Shown here one piece after another: positions 25,358-32,777 of a stretch of 33,969 bases of DNA (position 1 is the stretch's first letter; the number at the start of each line of letters is the position of its first letter). The position numbers were made by a program, and so were the translations under genes. The DNA is from a virus (taxonomy: Duplodnaviria; Caudoviricetes): positions 1-33,969 of the IMG/VR virus record IMGVR_UViG_3300012931_000897; one strand, given 5' to 3'. The notes beneath the pieces were generated by a model. The model was not told the DNA's origin, made no database searches, and saw only the letters and a list, made by a program, of their open reading frames with translations.

Positions 25358-25605
25358 AGAAACGGGAGAAAGTCGCAGGCGAACCTGCGGCATCGAAACG
25401 GAGGTTGGGCGCCTCCGAAGTCGATCATGGAAAAGAAGCCCCAGTCTTGCCCCGCGCTGAGGCGCCGCGGCGGAGAACATCCCGTGCGTGACTTGACCAT
25501 TGGCATGGATCGTTTCCTCACGCCCTACGATCCCGGTACACCCTACGGTTCGTTCCCCTTCAAACCGCCACTGTTTTGGGGTTATGCCACTGAATTGGAG
25601 GTGGA

Positions 25606-25725
25606 TCATCTGTGCAACCTCCGGATTATGTGAAACAGATCCAAGTAGAGGTGGTACAGATCGCGACAAAAGCACACGAATCCATAAGCGCTTCCGATAG
25701 CAATGAGGAGGTGAGCCAGCTTCAT
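25606..25725 (-). CDS. 39-aa hydrophobic peptide (not in ORF track)
   Basis: MKLAHLLIAIGSAYGFVCFCRDLYHLYLDLFHIIRRLHR, with ATGA overlaps at both ends. Confidence 0.4.
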   Translation of the reverse strand: MKLAHLLIAIGSAYGFVCFCRDLYHLYLDLFHIIRRLHR

Positions 25726-26042
25726 GGCACGATCTCCTTTATGGCGGCTTCGAGCGGTGCAAGATCATATTCATCTGTGCCAGCTCTTTTCAGATCAGCG
25801 ATAGTCAACCCGGCGCCTTTGATGATTTCCGTGGCATAGGTGGGTTCGTCGAATGCTCGGATCAGTTCTGCGCAGGCGTATGCAATCCCCTGGACAAAAC
25901 TGACGTTATTCTTACTCGTCGCCTCCCGCAGCTTTGTGCCCTGAGCAAGCAGCGGATCGATGGCGGAACAGAGGTAGACGTTGTACATTCGGTTGTCACC
26001 CTTGGGGTGCATCAGATATCTTTCGGGCTGTTCTGCGCTCAT
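25722..26042 (-). CDS. Hypothetical protein
   Basis: Start re-called to 26042 (ATGA overlap with the methylase stop). Confidence 0.6.
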   Translation of the reverse strand: MSAEQPERYLMHPKGDNRMYNVYLCSAIDPLLAQGTKLREATSKNNVSFVQGIAYACAELIRAFDEPTYATEIIKGAGLTIADLKRAGTDEYDLAPLEAAIKEIVP

Positions 26043-26929
26043 GCTCTCATCTCCGCGTTTTCGAATAATCCTTTTTCCCTGACTGGAACCTTGGGAGACA
26101 GCCACAGGACCTCCGTACGCGCCCCTTTGAAAGCACCAACACGGCATTCAATGCGGCGCCAATCGGGGTAGAGCTCGGTGTCGTAAAGATCACAGGGATA
26201 CCCGGAAATGATGGCCATGCCTTGAATTTCATGCAGAGCTGAAGCCAGTTCCCGGTGATCCTCTTCGGTCATTTCGTGGCGGTAGCTATGGCCATTATCG
26301 CTGCGCGTTGATTGAAGGTATGGAGGGTCCAAATAGAACAGCGTGTCATGATGATCGTATTGCTGGATCACCTTGAGCGCTGGCCTTGATTCAATGACCA
26401 CCCCCTGCAGGCGCCGGACGAACTCGGCGATGTGATTCGGGTAGTGAGCCCAGTCCTTCGCCGGCGTCGTGCCGCTTCGATTCGAGTCGGAGCGGAATCC
26501 CGTGTGCGCTTTCCATACCGATGCTCGACAGAAGAACCCGCAAGCCCCTGCGGATCCCCGATGGATCGAGTCCGAGCCGAATCCTGCGAAAGACTTGAGG
26601 ACCGTCCGGCGAGCCTGTTCAATGGGATTCCTGGTGGGTGTAAAGGCAGATCCGAAATCCTCCCGGGAGAACGGGGTCAGGCGGATGAGCCGTTCCAGCT
26701 TCGCGGCTTTCCTGGGATTCCGGAGGACCCGGAAAACGTTCACGACCTCGAGGTCCAGGTCGTTGTAGATCTCCGCGTATGCCCGTGGCTTCTGCAAGAG
26801 GACAGAAGCCCCACCCCCGAAGGGCTCAACGTAGACCCGATGCGCCGGAAAATAGCGGATGATCCACCTGGCCATGCGCCATTTCCCTCCGTGGTACCTG
26901 AGCGCAGGTCGGGTCACAGCGCCTGTCAT
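26039..26929 (-). CDS. dam: DNA adenine methyltransferase (Dam/D12 class), orphan
   Basis: RYHGGK, YVEPFGGGASV, EIYNDLD and FYLDPPY motifs. Start re-called to 26929. Specificity unknown. Confidence 0.9.
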   Translation of the reverse strand: MTGAVTRPALRYHGGKWRMARWIIRYFPAHRVYVEPFGGGASVLLQKPRAYAEIYNDLDLEVVNVFRVLRNPRKAAKLERLIRLTPFSREDFGSAFTPTRNPIEQARRTVLKSFAGFGSDSIHRGSAGACGFFCRASVWKAHTGFRSDSNRSGTTPAKDWAHYPNHIAEFVRRLQGVVIESRPALKVIQQYDHHDTLFYLDPPYLQSTRSDNGHSYRHEMTEEDHRELASALHEIQGMAIISGYPCDLYDTELYPDWRRIECRVGAFKGARTEVLWLSPKVPVREKGLFENAEMRA

Positions 26930-27144
26930 CCCCGCCCTCCTGCCGCCACGGGTGAAACAGGCGCGGGAATGGCGATGGAATGCCACTCCACAAGGTCATC
27001 CGGATCTCCATTGACGTTCCTCATTTGACCGTCCCACTCCAGTGGGATGTCTTTTCCGTTTATCCGGTAGTGAGTCCAGAACCACTTCCCAGCGTCTAAC
27101 CTCGACGGTAGTATGTCGGAGCATTTTATCCACTGCCCGATCAT
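26926..27144 (-). CDS. Small DUF551-like phage protein
   Basis: WIKCSDILP N-terminus and VEW..I..P C-terminus. Confidence 0.55.
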   Translation of the reverse strand: MIGQWIKCSDILPSRLDAGKWFWTHYRINGKDIPLEWDGQMRNVNGDPDDLVEWHSIAIPAPVSPVAAGGRG

Positions 27145-27521
27145 CCCCGCCCTCCTGCCGGAGGCAGATCGAGGTTGAAATGCACGCTGGGCTCCGGCTC
27201 GTTGGGCTCATCGTCCGCGCGGACCGGGGGCAGAACCTTGTCGATCGTCTCCAGGATCCGCCGTTCCTCCGCCGCCTGGCCGCCAACCTTGGACAGATTG
27301 GCGATGAACTCCCGCGCCAGGCGTACGGCATCCGCCATCTGCTCCCGCTCCCCCTCCACCCTCAGCGCCCAGGCGCGGTTGTCGTCCGCGCGGGTGGCCT
27401 GCTCCCTGCCGGCGCGTTCGATGGATTCCCGCTCCGAGGATGCGGCAAGAAGAGTGGCCGCTACCGCGTCGGCGCTGAAATACTTCCGACCGTTGATGAT
27501 GACGAAAGGCATGTCATCCAT
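27141..27521 (-). CDS. Hypothetical coiled-coil protein
   Basis: AAGGAG RBS, ATGA coupling. Confidence 0.6.
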   Translation of the reverse strand: MDDMPFVIINGRKYFSADAVAATLLAASSERESIERAGREQATRADDNRAWALRVEGEREQMADAVRLAREFIANLSKVGGQAAEERRILETIDKVLPPVRADDEPNEPEPSVHFNLDLPPAGGRG

Positions 27522-27531
27522 TGACGTTCTC

Positions 27532-27561
27532 CTTGAAAGAAAAAGCGCCCCCGATCATGAT
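27532..27561 (+). promoter_or_regulatory. Duplicated sigma70 promoter, copy 1 (30-bp perfect direct repeat)
   Basis: CTTGAAAGAAAAAGCGCCCCCGATCATGAT = TTGAAA-17-CATGAT. Identical copy at 28044-28073. Confidence 0.7.
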
Positions 27562-27597
27562 GCGAGAAGGTGAGATTTCACGAAGGAGGGCGCTACC

Positions 27598-27810
27598 ATG
27601 TCCATCGTTCCAAATCCGACATCTGTGTGTCCCAAGACCGATTGCGGCGGTACGCTTTTCGTGCGAGATGACTACACGGCACCCCCGGGGGAGACAGCTC
27701 CGGATGTCGATTTGATCATCTGCAAGAAGTGCGGAACCGTGATTGGGGCTGTACTGCCGTTGGCTATTCAAAACGGCCTCCGTTCTATGCTCGCTCGGAA
27801 GCCGGGGTGA
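27598..27810 (+). CDS. Small zinc-ribbon protein, counter-oriented cassette
   Basis: AAGGAGGG RBS. CPKTDC...CKKC. Confidence 0.7.
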   Translation: MSIVPNPTSVCPKTDCGGTLFVRDDYTAPPGETAPDVDLIICKKCGTVIGAVLPLAIQNGLRSMLARKPG

Positions 27811-28009
27811 TGACCCTTTTCTCCATGATGACCACCCCGCGAATCTCCGCGTAGGTGTAGAGTGTCTGGGGGGCGGTCGGTTCGGTTTCTGTGGCCGTCT
27901 TCTGTCGCCCCCGAGTCTGGACGACCACCTTGATCTCCTGGTCCTCCACGCCAGCCTCATCCAATGTTTTCAAGAGTTCTGTCAGCTTCTTCTGCGCTGT
28001 TTCTGTCAT
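27785..28009 (-). CDS. Hypothetical protein
   Basis: GGAGG RBS, start re-called to 28009. Overlaps the plus-strand gene tail to tail. Confidence 0.55.
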   Translation of the reverse strand: MTETAQKKLTELLKTLDEAGVEDQEIKVVVQTRGRQKTATETEPTAPQTLYTYAEIRGVVIMEKRVITPASERA

Positions 28010-28043
28010 TCCTTCCTCCTCCTCAGCCCGCACGGGCCGTCTT

Positions 28044-28073
28044 CTTGAAAGAAAAAGCGCCCCCGATCATGAT
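28044..28073 (+). promoter_or_regulatory. Duplicated sigma70 promoter, copy 2
   Basis: Identical to 27532-27561 and followed by the same GAAGGAGGGCGC RBS block. Confidence 0.7.
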
Positions 28074-28113
28074 CAGGTAAAGGTGAAACACACAGATCAG
28101 AAGGAGGGCGCCA

Positions 28114-28287
28114 ATGGATTCCCAAGGACAAATTGCTCTGGAGCTGACAAAGGCCGTTCTGATTGCCGATGCAATCCGTAATAGCCGAGAAGGTCGGGCT
28201 TTTCCGGTTGATCTTGAAAAACACTCCGTTGACATTTTTCTATCTATTCTTTCCGAGTTGAACGCTCGTGCAGGCGCTCCAGGGTGA
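28114..28287 (+). CDS. 57-aa hypothetical protein, counter-oriented cassette (not in ORF track)
   Basis: AAGGAGGG RBS. MDSQGQIALELTKAVLIADAIRNSREGRAFPVDLEKHSVDIFLSILSELNARAGAPG. Confidence 0.65.
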   Translation: MDSQGQIALELTKAVLIADAIRNSREGRAFPVDLEKHSVDIFLSILSELNARAGAPG

Positions 28288-28411
28288 TTCGATAGGACCA
28301 GGGGTCTCCTTTTTGCAGCAGGGTTCCCGTTGAGCCCTCTTCGAGAGATTTCACCTCGAACCCAACTCCATCGATCGCATCGATGAGCTCTTTCAGCTTT
28401 GTCTTTTCCAT
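28244..28411 (-). CDS. 55-aa hypothetical protein (not in ORF track)
   Basis: GGAGGT RBS. MEKTKLKELIDAIDGVGFEVKSLEEG... Confidence 0.6.
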   Translation of the reverse strand: MEKTKLKELIDAIDGVGFEVKSLEEGSTGTLLQKGDPWSYRITLERLHERSTRKE

Positions 28412-28426
28412 GACCTCCCCCTCTTC

Positions 28427-28645
28427 TCAATCCCGCCCCGCGGCGGCGTCTGCGAACCTATTCCGGGCTTTCTCTTCACGCGCCAGCTTCTCCATTACCG
28501 CCTCCTCCCCCCATTCCTCCAGGGACTTCCCTTGCATGGCCGCGGACGCTTTCGCCTTCCCATGGATCACCGGCAGAACCCACGTGAACATCCGCTTCTT
28601 GGGTGGCAGAGAAGGTTTCGTATTTGGTGACTTTGTAGCGCCCAT
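28427..28645 (-). CDS. Ribbon-helix-helix-like regulator in the Cro position
   Basis: Start re-called to 28645. KRMFTWVLPVIHGKAKASAAMQGKSLEEWGEEAV fits the RHH pattern. First gene divergent from the repressor. Confidence 0.6.
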   Translation of the reverse strand: MGATKSPNTKPSLPPKKRMFTWVLPVIHGKAKASAAMQGKSLEEWGEEAVMEKLAREEKARNRFADAAAGRD

Positions 28646-28653
28646 CGAGTGAC

Positions 28654-28681
28654 ATTGTAACCTTAAAAAAGACTTTGTCAA
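28654..28681 (-). promoter_or_regulatory. Early lytic promoter
   Basis: TTGACA (28681-28676), 16 bp, TACAAT (28659-28654). Confidence 0.75.
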
Positions 28682-28702
28682 GAAATAATTTGTTTTTTTT
28701 TC

Positions 28703-28731
28703 TTGTAAGTTCACATAATGTGAACTATACT
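28703..28731 (+). promoter_or_regulatory. Repressor promoter with palindromic operator in the spacer
   Basis: TTGTAA-17-TATACT, with AGTTCACA-TAA-TGTGAACT at 28708-28726. Confidence 0.7.
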
Positions 28732-28744
28732 GGTGGTAACCGAA

Positions 28745-29254
28745 ATGGATAACGCTTTCGGAGAAAAAATTAAGAAAATCCGCGAATACAAGGGCTTGTC
28801 TGGCTCAGAGTTTGGAGAGAAACTCAGCCTCGGGAAACAAGCTATTTCCATGATTGAGAGTGGGAAACGGGGGATGAGCGTTGAACAGATTCAATCCCTT
28901 GTCCTCACGTATAAAATTGACCCGCGCTATTTATTTGGTGGAATTGATGATGTTTCTGAGGCCGATCTCTCGAAACGAGGAGAAGATCCAGGACAGACTC
29001 AGCTGGAATCCTTGAAGAAAGAAATTATTCAGCTAAAAGACCGCGTTAATCCAGTAAGTAAAATGGACCCTGTCGCCGAACGAGTCCTAGCAAATCAGGA
29101 TCTGCACGATCTGGTGGAGCTTGTACAATTTTGGGATTCTTCAATGCTCCGCAGGTTTCGAGATATAGCGTACGGTTATGTATCAGGCATCCATGATGAG
29201 CGGGAAAATCAGAAAGCCCTAAAAGAGAGCCGAGGGGAAGAAAAAGTTGGATGA
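28745..29254 (+). CDS. XRE-family HTH prophage repressor
   Basis: FGEKIKKIREYKGLSGSEFGEKLSLGKQAISMIESGKR. Divergent from the early operon. No recognisable S24 peptidase domain. Confidence 0.85.
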   Translation: MDNAFGEKIKKIREYKGLSGSEFGEKLSLGKQAISMIESGKRGMSVEQIQSLVLTYKIDPRYLFGGIDDVSEADLSKRGEDPGQTQLESLKKEIIQLKDRVNPVSKMDPVAERVLANQDLHDLVELVQFWDSSMLRRFRDIAYGYVSGIHDERENQKALKESRGEEKVG

Positions 29255-29357
29255 GTCCTGTTATCGTCAATCGGTTGTTCGTATCGGAAATATCATCTAT
29301 TTTTTTGGCTGGGAAAATAGCATGGTGAGAGCTTAAGAGAAAAGGAGAATCGTTAGG

Positions 29358-29792
29358 ATGAAGCGGTTTTTCATTCTAGTATTATTCTTGCTTGGTTGCT
29401 TAATTTCTGCTCAAGACAAGGAAAAAGAAACCCCTATAGATATTGCTGGGCGATGGAAATCTACTGTGATTTCATCAGTATGTTTTTCTGGAGAGCAAAA
29501 AAAAATAACGTATGGAGCAACAACGAGTACTGGCTTTAAATCAGAAGTTATGTTTTCCCCTAACGGCTACGGGCAAGATGGTGAGTGGCAATTCTTATGG
29601 GAATACGATGAAAAGACAAATACCTATTTCTTCTCATCACATTCTCAGGAGTACCAAGTTCGAATTTACCAATACTCGAACAATCTTCTTTGTATGGCTT
29701 CAATAATGATAAGGAGCATTTTCATTCCCGATTGGTTTTCCAACGACAATGTTTCCTTCACACTTCTCGAGCGCATCCCAAGCACGGAATAG
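29358..29792 (+). CDS. Secreted/periplasmic protein (lipocalin-like start), moron
   Basis: Signal peptide MKRFFILVLFLLGCLISA, IAGRWK motif, low GC, AAGGAG RBS. Confidence 0.65.
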   Translation: MKRFFILVLFLLGCLISAQDKEKETPIDIAGRWKSTVISSVCFSGEQKKITYGATTSTGFKSEVMFSPNGYGQDGEWQFLWEYDEKTNTYFFSSHSQEYQVRIYQYSNNLLCMASIMIRSIFIPDWFSNDNVSFTLLERIPSTE

Positions 29793-29807
29793 GAACTGAT
29801 AAAATCC

Positions 29808-30320
29808 ATGAGTAGTGAAGTAAACTGGCCAAAACGTATCTTCCTCTGGATTGTCCATTCAATTGCGTGCGGGATTCTGGAGTTGCTTATCAAGACTACT
29901 GCGGCAACAATTAGGCGCTACTCATTTTCATCTGGATGGAGCGGTTTTTTCTTAGATTTTCTCCCCGGAGTTGCGGTGTTGACGTTACTATACTTGGGCT
30001 TTCGATTCATCGCGAAGAAGACGGTCGTTGAGCCTGAATTGCATGATCCCCCTTCAACCTACAAGGCGCTCTGGGCTGATAGGACTGCAGAAGATGAGTG
30101 GCGCTGCCCAAGCTGCAGCATAATCAATCCAGTATCTGAAAAGCGCTGCAAGAGCTGCGGTTGGCTGTACTTCGGCAAAGTGGCGCCTTCTTCCCCTCCG
30201 CCGCCTCCTCCTCCAGAAAAGCTCATGCAGAAGCCTGGTTGGGAATGCCCATCCTGTTCGTACCGCAATTCCTCTGCCGATGTTCGGTGTCAGAACTGCA
30301 GCAACCTGAGGTCCCCCTGA
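29808..30320 (+). CDS. Two-TM membrane protein with two RanBP2-type zinc fingers
   Basis: Two hydrophobic helices. WRCPSCSIINPVSEKRCKSC and WECPSCSYRNSSADVRCQNC, separated by poly-Pro. Confidence 0.75.
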   Translation: MSSEVNWPKRIFLWIVHSIACGILELLIKTTAATIRRYSFSSGWSGFFLDFLPGVAVLTLLYLGFRFIAKKTVVEPELHDPPSTYKALWADRTAEDEWRCPSCSIINPVSEKRCKSCGWLYFGKVAPSSPPPPPPPEKLMQKPGWECPSCSYRNSSADVRCQNCSNLRSP

Positions 30321-30359
30321 TGTTCACCCTCCCGCCAGCCTGGTCGGGGGTGCTGGCCC

Positions 30360-30388
30360 TTGACGGTTCCGTGAAACGTCACGATACT
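30360..30388 (+). promoter_or_regulatory. Putative promoter of the protease cassette
   Basis: TTGACG-17-GATACT. Shares CCCTTGACGGTT with the hicA promoter repeat. Confidence 0.5.
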
Positions 30389-30407
30389 TGAAAACGAGGT
30401 TCAAGGA

Positions 30408-30638
30408 ATGCTGAAAAGGGAATGGGAGTACTACCAGGCGCACCTGCAGGATTTTCTGAAGGAGCATACCGGGGAGTTCGTCGTCATCAAGGACGATTCC
30501 GTGAAGGGCTTTTTCTCCACGGAGGAGGAAGCCTTTAAGAGTATGGCCGCCGTGGAGCTCGGGACCTATTTCGTGAAGCGTTGCGTTCCCATTGACCAGG
30601 ACGTTGTCGAATACCACTCCAGGGTGGTCTTCTTTTAG
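30408..30638 (+). CDS. Small DUF5678-like protein
   Basis: YYQAHLQDFLKEHTGEFVVIKDDSVKGFFSTEEEAF pattern, upstream of an aspartic protease. Confidence 0.65.
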   Translation: MLKREWEYYQAHLQDFLKEHTGEFVVIKDDSVKGFFSTEEEAFKSMAAVELGTYFVKRCVPIDQDVVEYHSRVVFF

Positions 30639-30640
30639 GC

Positions 30641-31183
30641 ATGCATCTCTCCCCAGGCGACTTCAAAGCATTCACCCTGAAAGCGGACAGACCGGTTCGG
30701 TTGTCGGTGCTGGTCACGCCCGTGGATGTCCGCCAGGCTGCCAGTCTCGTGGGGATCTCCGGCCCATCGAAGAGGTACTCGGCGATCTGGGATACCGGCG
30801 CCATGATGACTTCGATCTCTCCGCGGATCGCAGCAGACCTTCAGCTGAAACCGATCTCCGTCGTGAAGATTCACGCTGCTGGCAACTCTTTCGATTCCCC
30901 GGTGTACAAGGTCGACCTGGTGCTCCCGAACGGTCTGACCGTTCTTGCGGTGAGCGTATCAGAGGCCGGAAACATTCATGGCGCCGACATGCTGATAGGG
31001 ATGGACATCATCACGAACGGCGACTTCGCGATCACCAATGCTGGACATCAGACGTGCTTTTCTTTCCGTTTCCCCTCGAGCTCTGTTCACACGGACTATG
31101 TCGAGGAAGCGAAGGCCCTCCGAAAAAAGCAGACGCACATAGACCAAGCCCGAAAACTCCAGCGCAAAGGAAAATTGAGATAG
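30641..31183 (+). CDS. Retropepsin-like (clan AA) aspartic protease
   Basis: AIWDTGAMMTSIS catalytic motif and DMLIGMDII. Confidence 0.85.
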   Translation: MHLSPGDFKAFTLKADRPVRLSVLVTPVDVRQAASLVGISGPSKRYSAIWDTGAMMTSISPRIAADLQLKPISVVKIHAAGNSFDSPVYKVDLVLPNGLTVLAVSVSEAGNIHGADMLIGMDIITNGDFAITNAGHQTCFSFRFPSSSVHTDYVEEAKALRKKQTHIDQARKLQRKGKLR

Positions 31184-31305
31184 CCGCTGCCGGTCTCTGG
31201 AGGGTCTCTCCTTGAGTCGAGCGCTTTCTCCCAGCGATATTGTCCTGGATAGCGATGTTGTCAGTTTTGGGGACTTCATGCAGAAGGTCGGAGTTTGATC
31301 CACTC

Positions 31306-31353
31306 GTGCCCCGGGGGAGTTCCGCGGCGCCCTTGACGGTTGCGGCCGCCCGG
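31306..31353 (+). repeat. 48-bp direct repeat, left copy (contains hicA -35)
   Basis: 45/48 identical to 31790-31837. Confidence 0.85.
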
Positions 31354-31369
31354 CGATAGGTTGATGGAG

Positions 31370-31573
31370 ATGAAAGTTGGGGAGATCATCAAGCTGATCG
31401 AATCCTATGGGTGGTATCAAGTCGTCCAGGAAGGAAGCCACCGACAATTCAAGCACCATGAAATCAAGGGGCGCGTCACGATCGCCGGAAAACCATCCGC
31501 GGATCTCCCAAGGGACACGCTCTACAGCATCCTTCGACAGGCTGGACTGGGCAAGGATATTCTCCGGAGGTAG
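31370..31573 (+). CDS. hicA: HicA-family toxin (mRNA interferase)
   Basis: MKVGEIIKLIESYGW...GSHRQFKH...GRVTI...DLPRDTLYSILRQAG. Confidence 0.9.
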   Translation: MKVGEIIKLIESYGWYQVVQEGSHRQFKHHEIKGRVTIAGKPSADLPRDTLYSILRQAGLGKDILRR

Positions 31574-31576
31574 ATC

Positions 31577-31786
31577 ATGAGGCGATATCTGATAGTAATT
31601 GAAAAGGCCGATGGCAATTTCAGCGCCTACTCCCCGGATCTGCCCGGGTGCGTGGCGGCAGGCGATACCGTCGAGGAAACCAAGAAGCTCATGCTTGAGG
31701 CGATCGAAATGCATCTCAAGGGGATGCGTGAAGACGGCCTTCCGATCCCCCAGGCGCAAGCCATTGGTGAATACGTGACGGTCTGA
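31577..31786 (+). CDS. hicB: HicB-family antitoxin (short form, no DNA-binding domain)
   Basis: YLIVIEK...FSAYSPDLPGCVAAGDTVEE...EAIEMHLKGM.EDG.PIP. Confidence 0.9.
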   Translation: MRRYLIVIEKADGNFSAYSPDLPGCVAAGDTVEETKKLMLEAIEMHLKGMREDGLPIPQAQAIGEYVTV

Positions 31787-31789
31787 TGT

Positions 31790-31837
31790 GTGCCCCGGGG
31801 GAGCTACGCGGCGCCCTTGACGATTGCGGCCGCCCGG
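31790..31837 (+). repeat. 48-bp direct repeat, right copy
   Basis: Begins 3 nt after the hicB stop. Confidence 0.85.
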
Positions 31838-31852
31838 GGGTGTCAGTCCTAT

Positions 31853-31879
31853 CCGCCGTGAGGGAGACGGCGGGTTCTT
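31853..31879 (+). terminator. Hairpin/terminator between convergent hicB and dinD
   Basis: CCGCCGT-gagggag-ACGGCGG followed by GTTCTT. Confidence 0.5.
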
Positions 31880-32742
31880 CATCCGGAGGAAGAAGAGCCG
31901 GTCCTGTCGGCTTTCTTTTTATCCTGAAGGGCCTTGTGTGTGGTTTTTAGCTCCTTCCGGACCTGCTTCATATCCCTTGCAATAGGAAGATTCTCCGGTG
32001 CCGTTCCTCCGATGTCGAGGATGGTATGTCGGACCTTTTTCCCGACCTCTTCGGCCGCCTCCTCGAGGCGGCGCTGCCCTTGGATGTTTTCATTTCTGAT
32101 CTTGGATTCCGTCTGGGTGACGCGGAATAGATTCGCTGCCAATTCTTCCTTCCCCATGAAGTCCAAGAGGGACCTGCTGAGGAGGTTTTCATCCAAGCCT
32201 TTGAACTTTTTCAATCTGGAGATGTCCATGTTGTACAACCCGCGGTATCCTGCATTCTGAAAAAGCGGGTATTTCTGGACTCCCTGTTCATGGGCTACTC
32301 GAACCAGATTTTTTTCGTGGTCGGAGATGTCTTCGCGGATCAGAAGACGTTCCACGTTGTCCGACGCTTCAATGTAGTTCTTGAACGTCGCGGCGATGGC
32401 TGCAAAGTAAGCTTGAGCCGATGCAATCTGTGGCTTCTTGGGATCTCCGTTCATGGCCACGAGGTAGCAGGCGAAACGGGAGAGCTTGAAATCACGTCGA
32501 CGCTTCCCGTCCTGATCCACTTCGATCTGTTGGAAATTGTCCTGGACGGTGATGTCAAGAGAGGTGCAAGCGGAGAGCGCCTTGTTGATGACCTTGGAGA
32601 AAGAGCTCCACGATTCGTATCCCAGGAGGCTCATGAGGTCGGAAGCCAGCCAAGTCCTCTGACCGTTCTGCCTTCCCATGCTTTCGAAGTTGGGCTTCCC
32701 TTCATCGAAAGTAAAAACGGATTTGTCGGAACTGTCGCTCAT
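31879..32742 (-). CDS. dinD: DNA damage-inducible protein D (DinD)/BRO-family protein
   Basis: W.ASDLM.LLGY..W..F..VI.KA, DFKLSRFACYLVAMNGDPKK.QIA.AQAYFA, FQNAGYRGLY and LDFMG.EELAANLFR.TQTE motifs. Confidence 0.85.
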   Translation of the reverse strand: MSDSSDKSVFTFDEGKPNFESMGRQNGQRTWLASDLMSLLGYESWSSFSKVINKALSACTSLDITVQDNFQQIEVDQDGKRRRDFKLSRFACYLVAMNGDPKKPQIASAQAYFAAIAATFKNYIEASDNVERLLIREDISDHEKNLVRVAHEQGVQKYPLFQNAGYRGLYNMDISRLKKFKGLDENLLSRSLLDFMGKEELAANLFRVTQTESKIRNENIQGQRRLEEAAEEVGKKVRHTILDIGGTAPENLPIARDMKQVRKELKTTHKALQDKKKADRTGSSSSG

Positions 32743-32748
32743 TCCGTC

Positions 32749-32777
32749 ATTATAGCCACCTGCTCAGTCAGTTTCAA
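32749..32777 (-). promoter_or_regulatory. dinD promoter (leaderless)
   Basis: TTGAAA-17-TATAAT, then 6 nt and the ATG. The -35 lies in the last integrase codons. Confidence 0.75.

Noticed and set aside
25211-25609. 132-aa ORF with GGAGG RBS
   Set aside because: The start looks real, but the ORF crosses a terminator, overlaps the next gene and has no recognisable motifs, so it is not called as a confident CDS.
27514-28430. Minus-strand ORFs 27514-27960 and 28023-28430 sharing IMIGGAFSFK
   Set aside because: The shared peptide is just the antisense translation of the 30-bp promoter repeat. Better RBS-supported genes occupy the space.
30959-31882. 307-aa minus-strand ORF
   Set aside because: Antisense shadow of hicAB and the protease, with no recognisable motifs.
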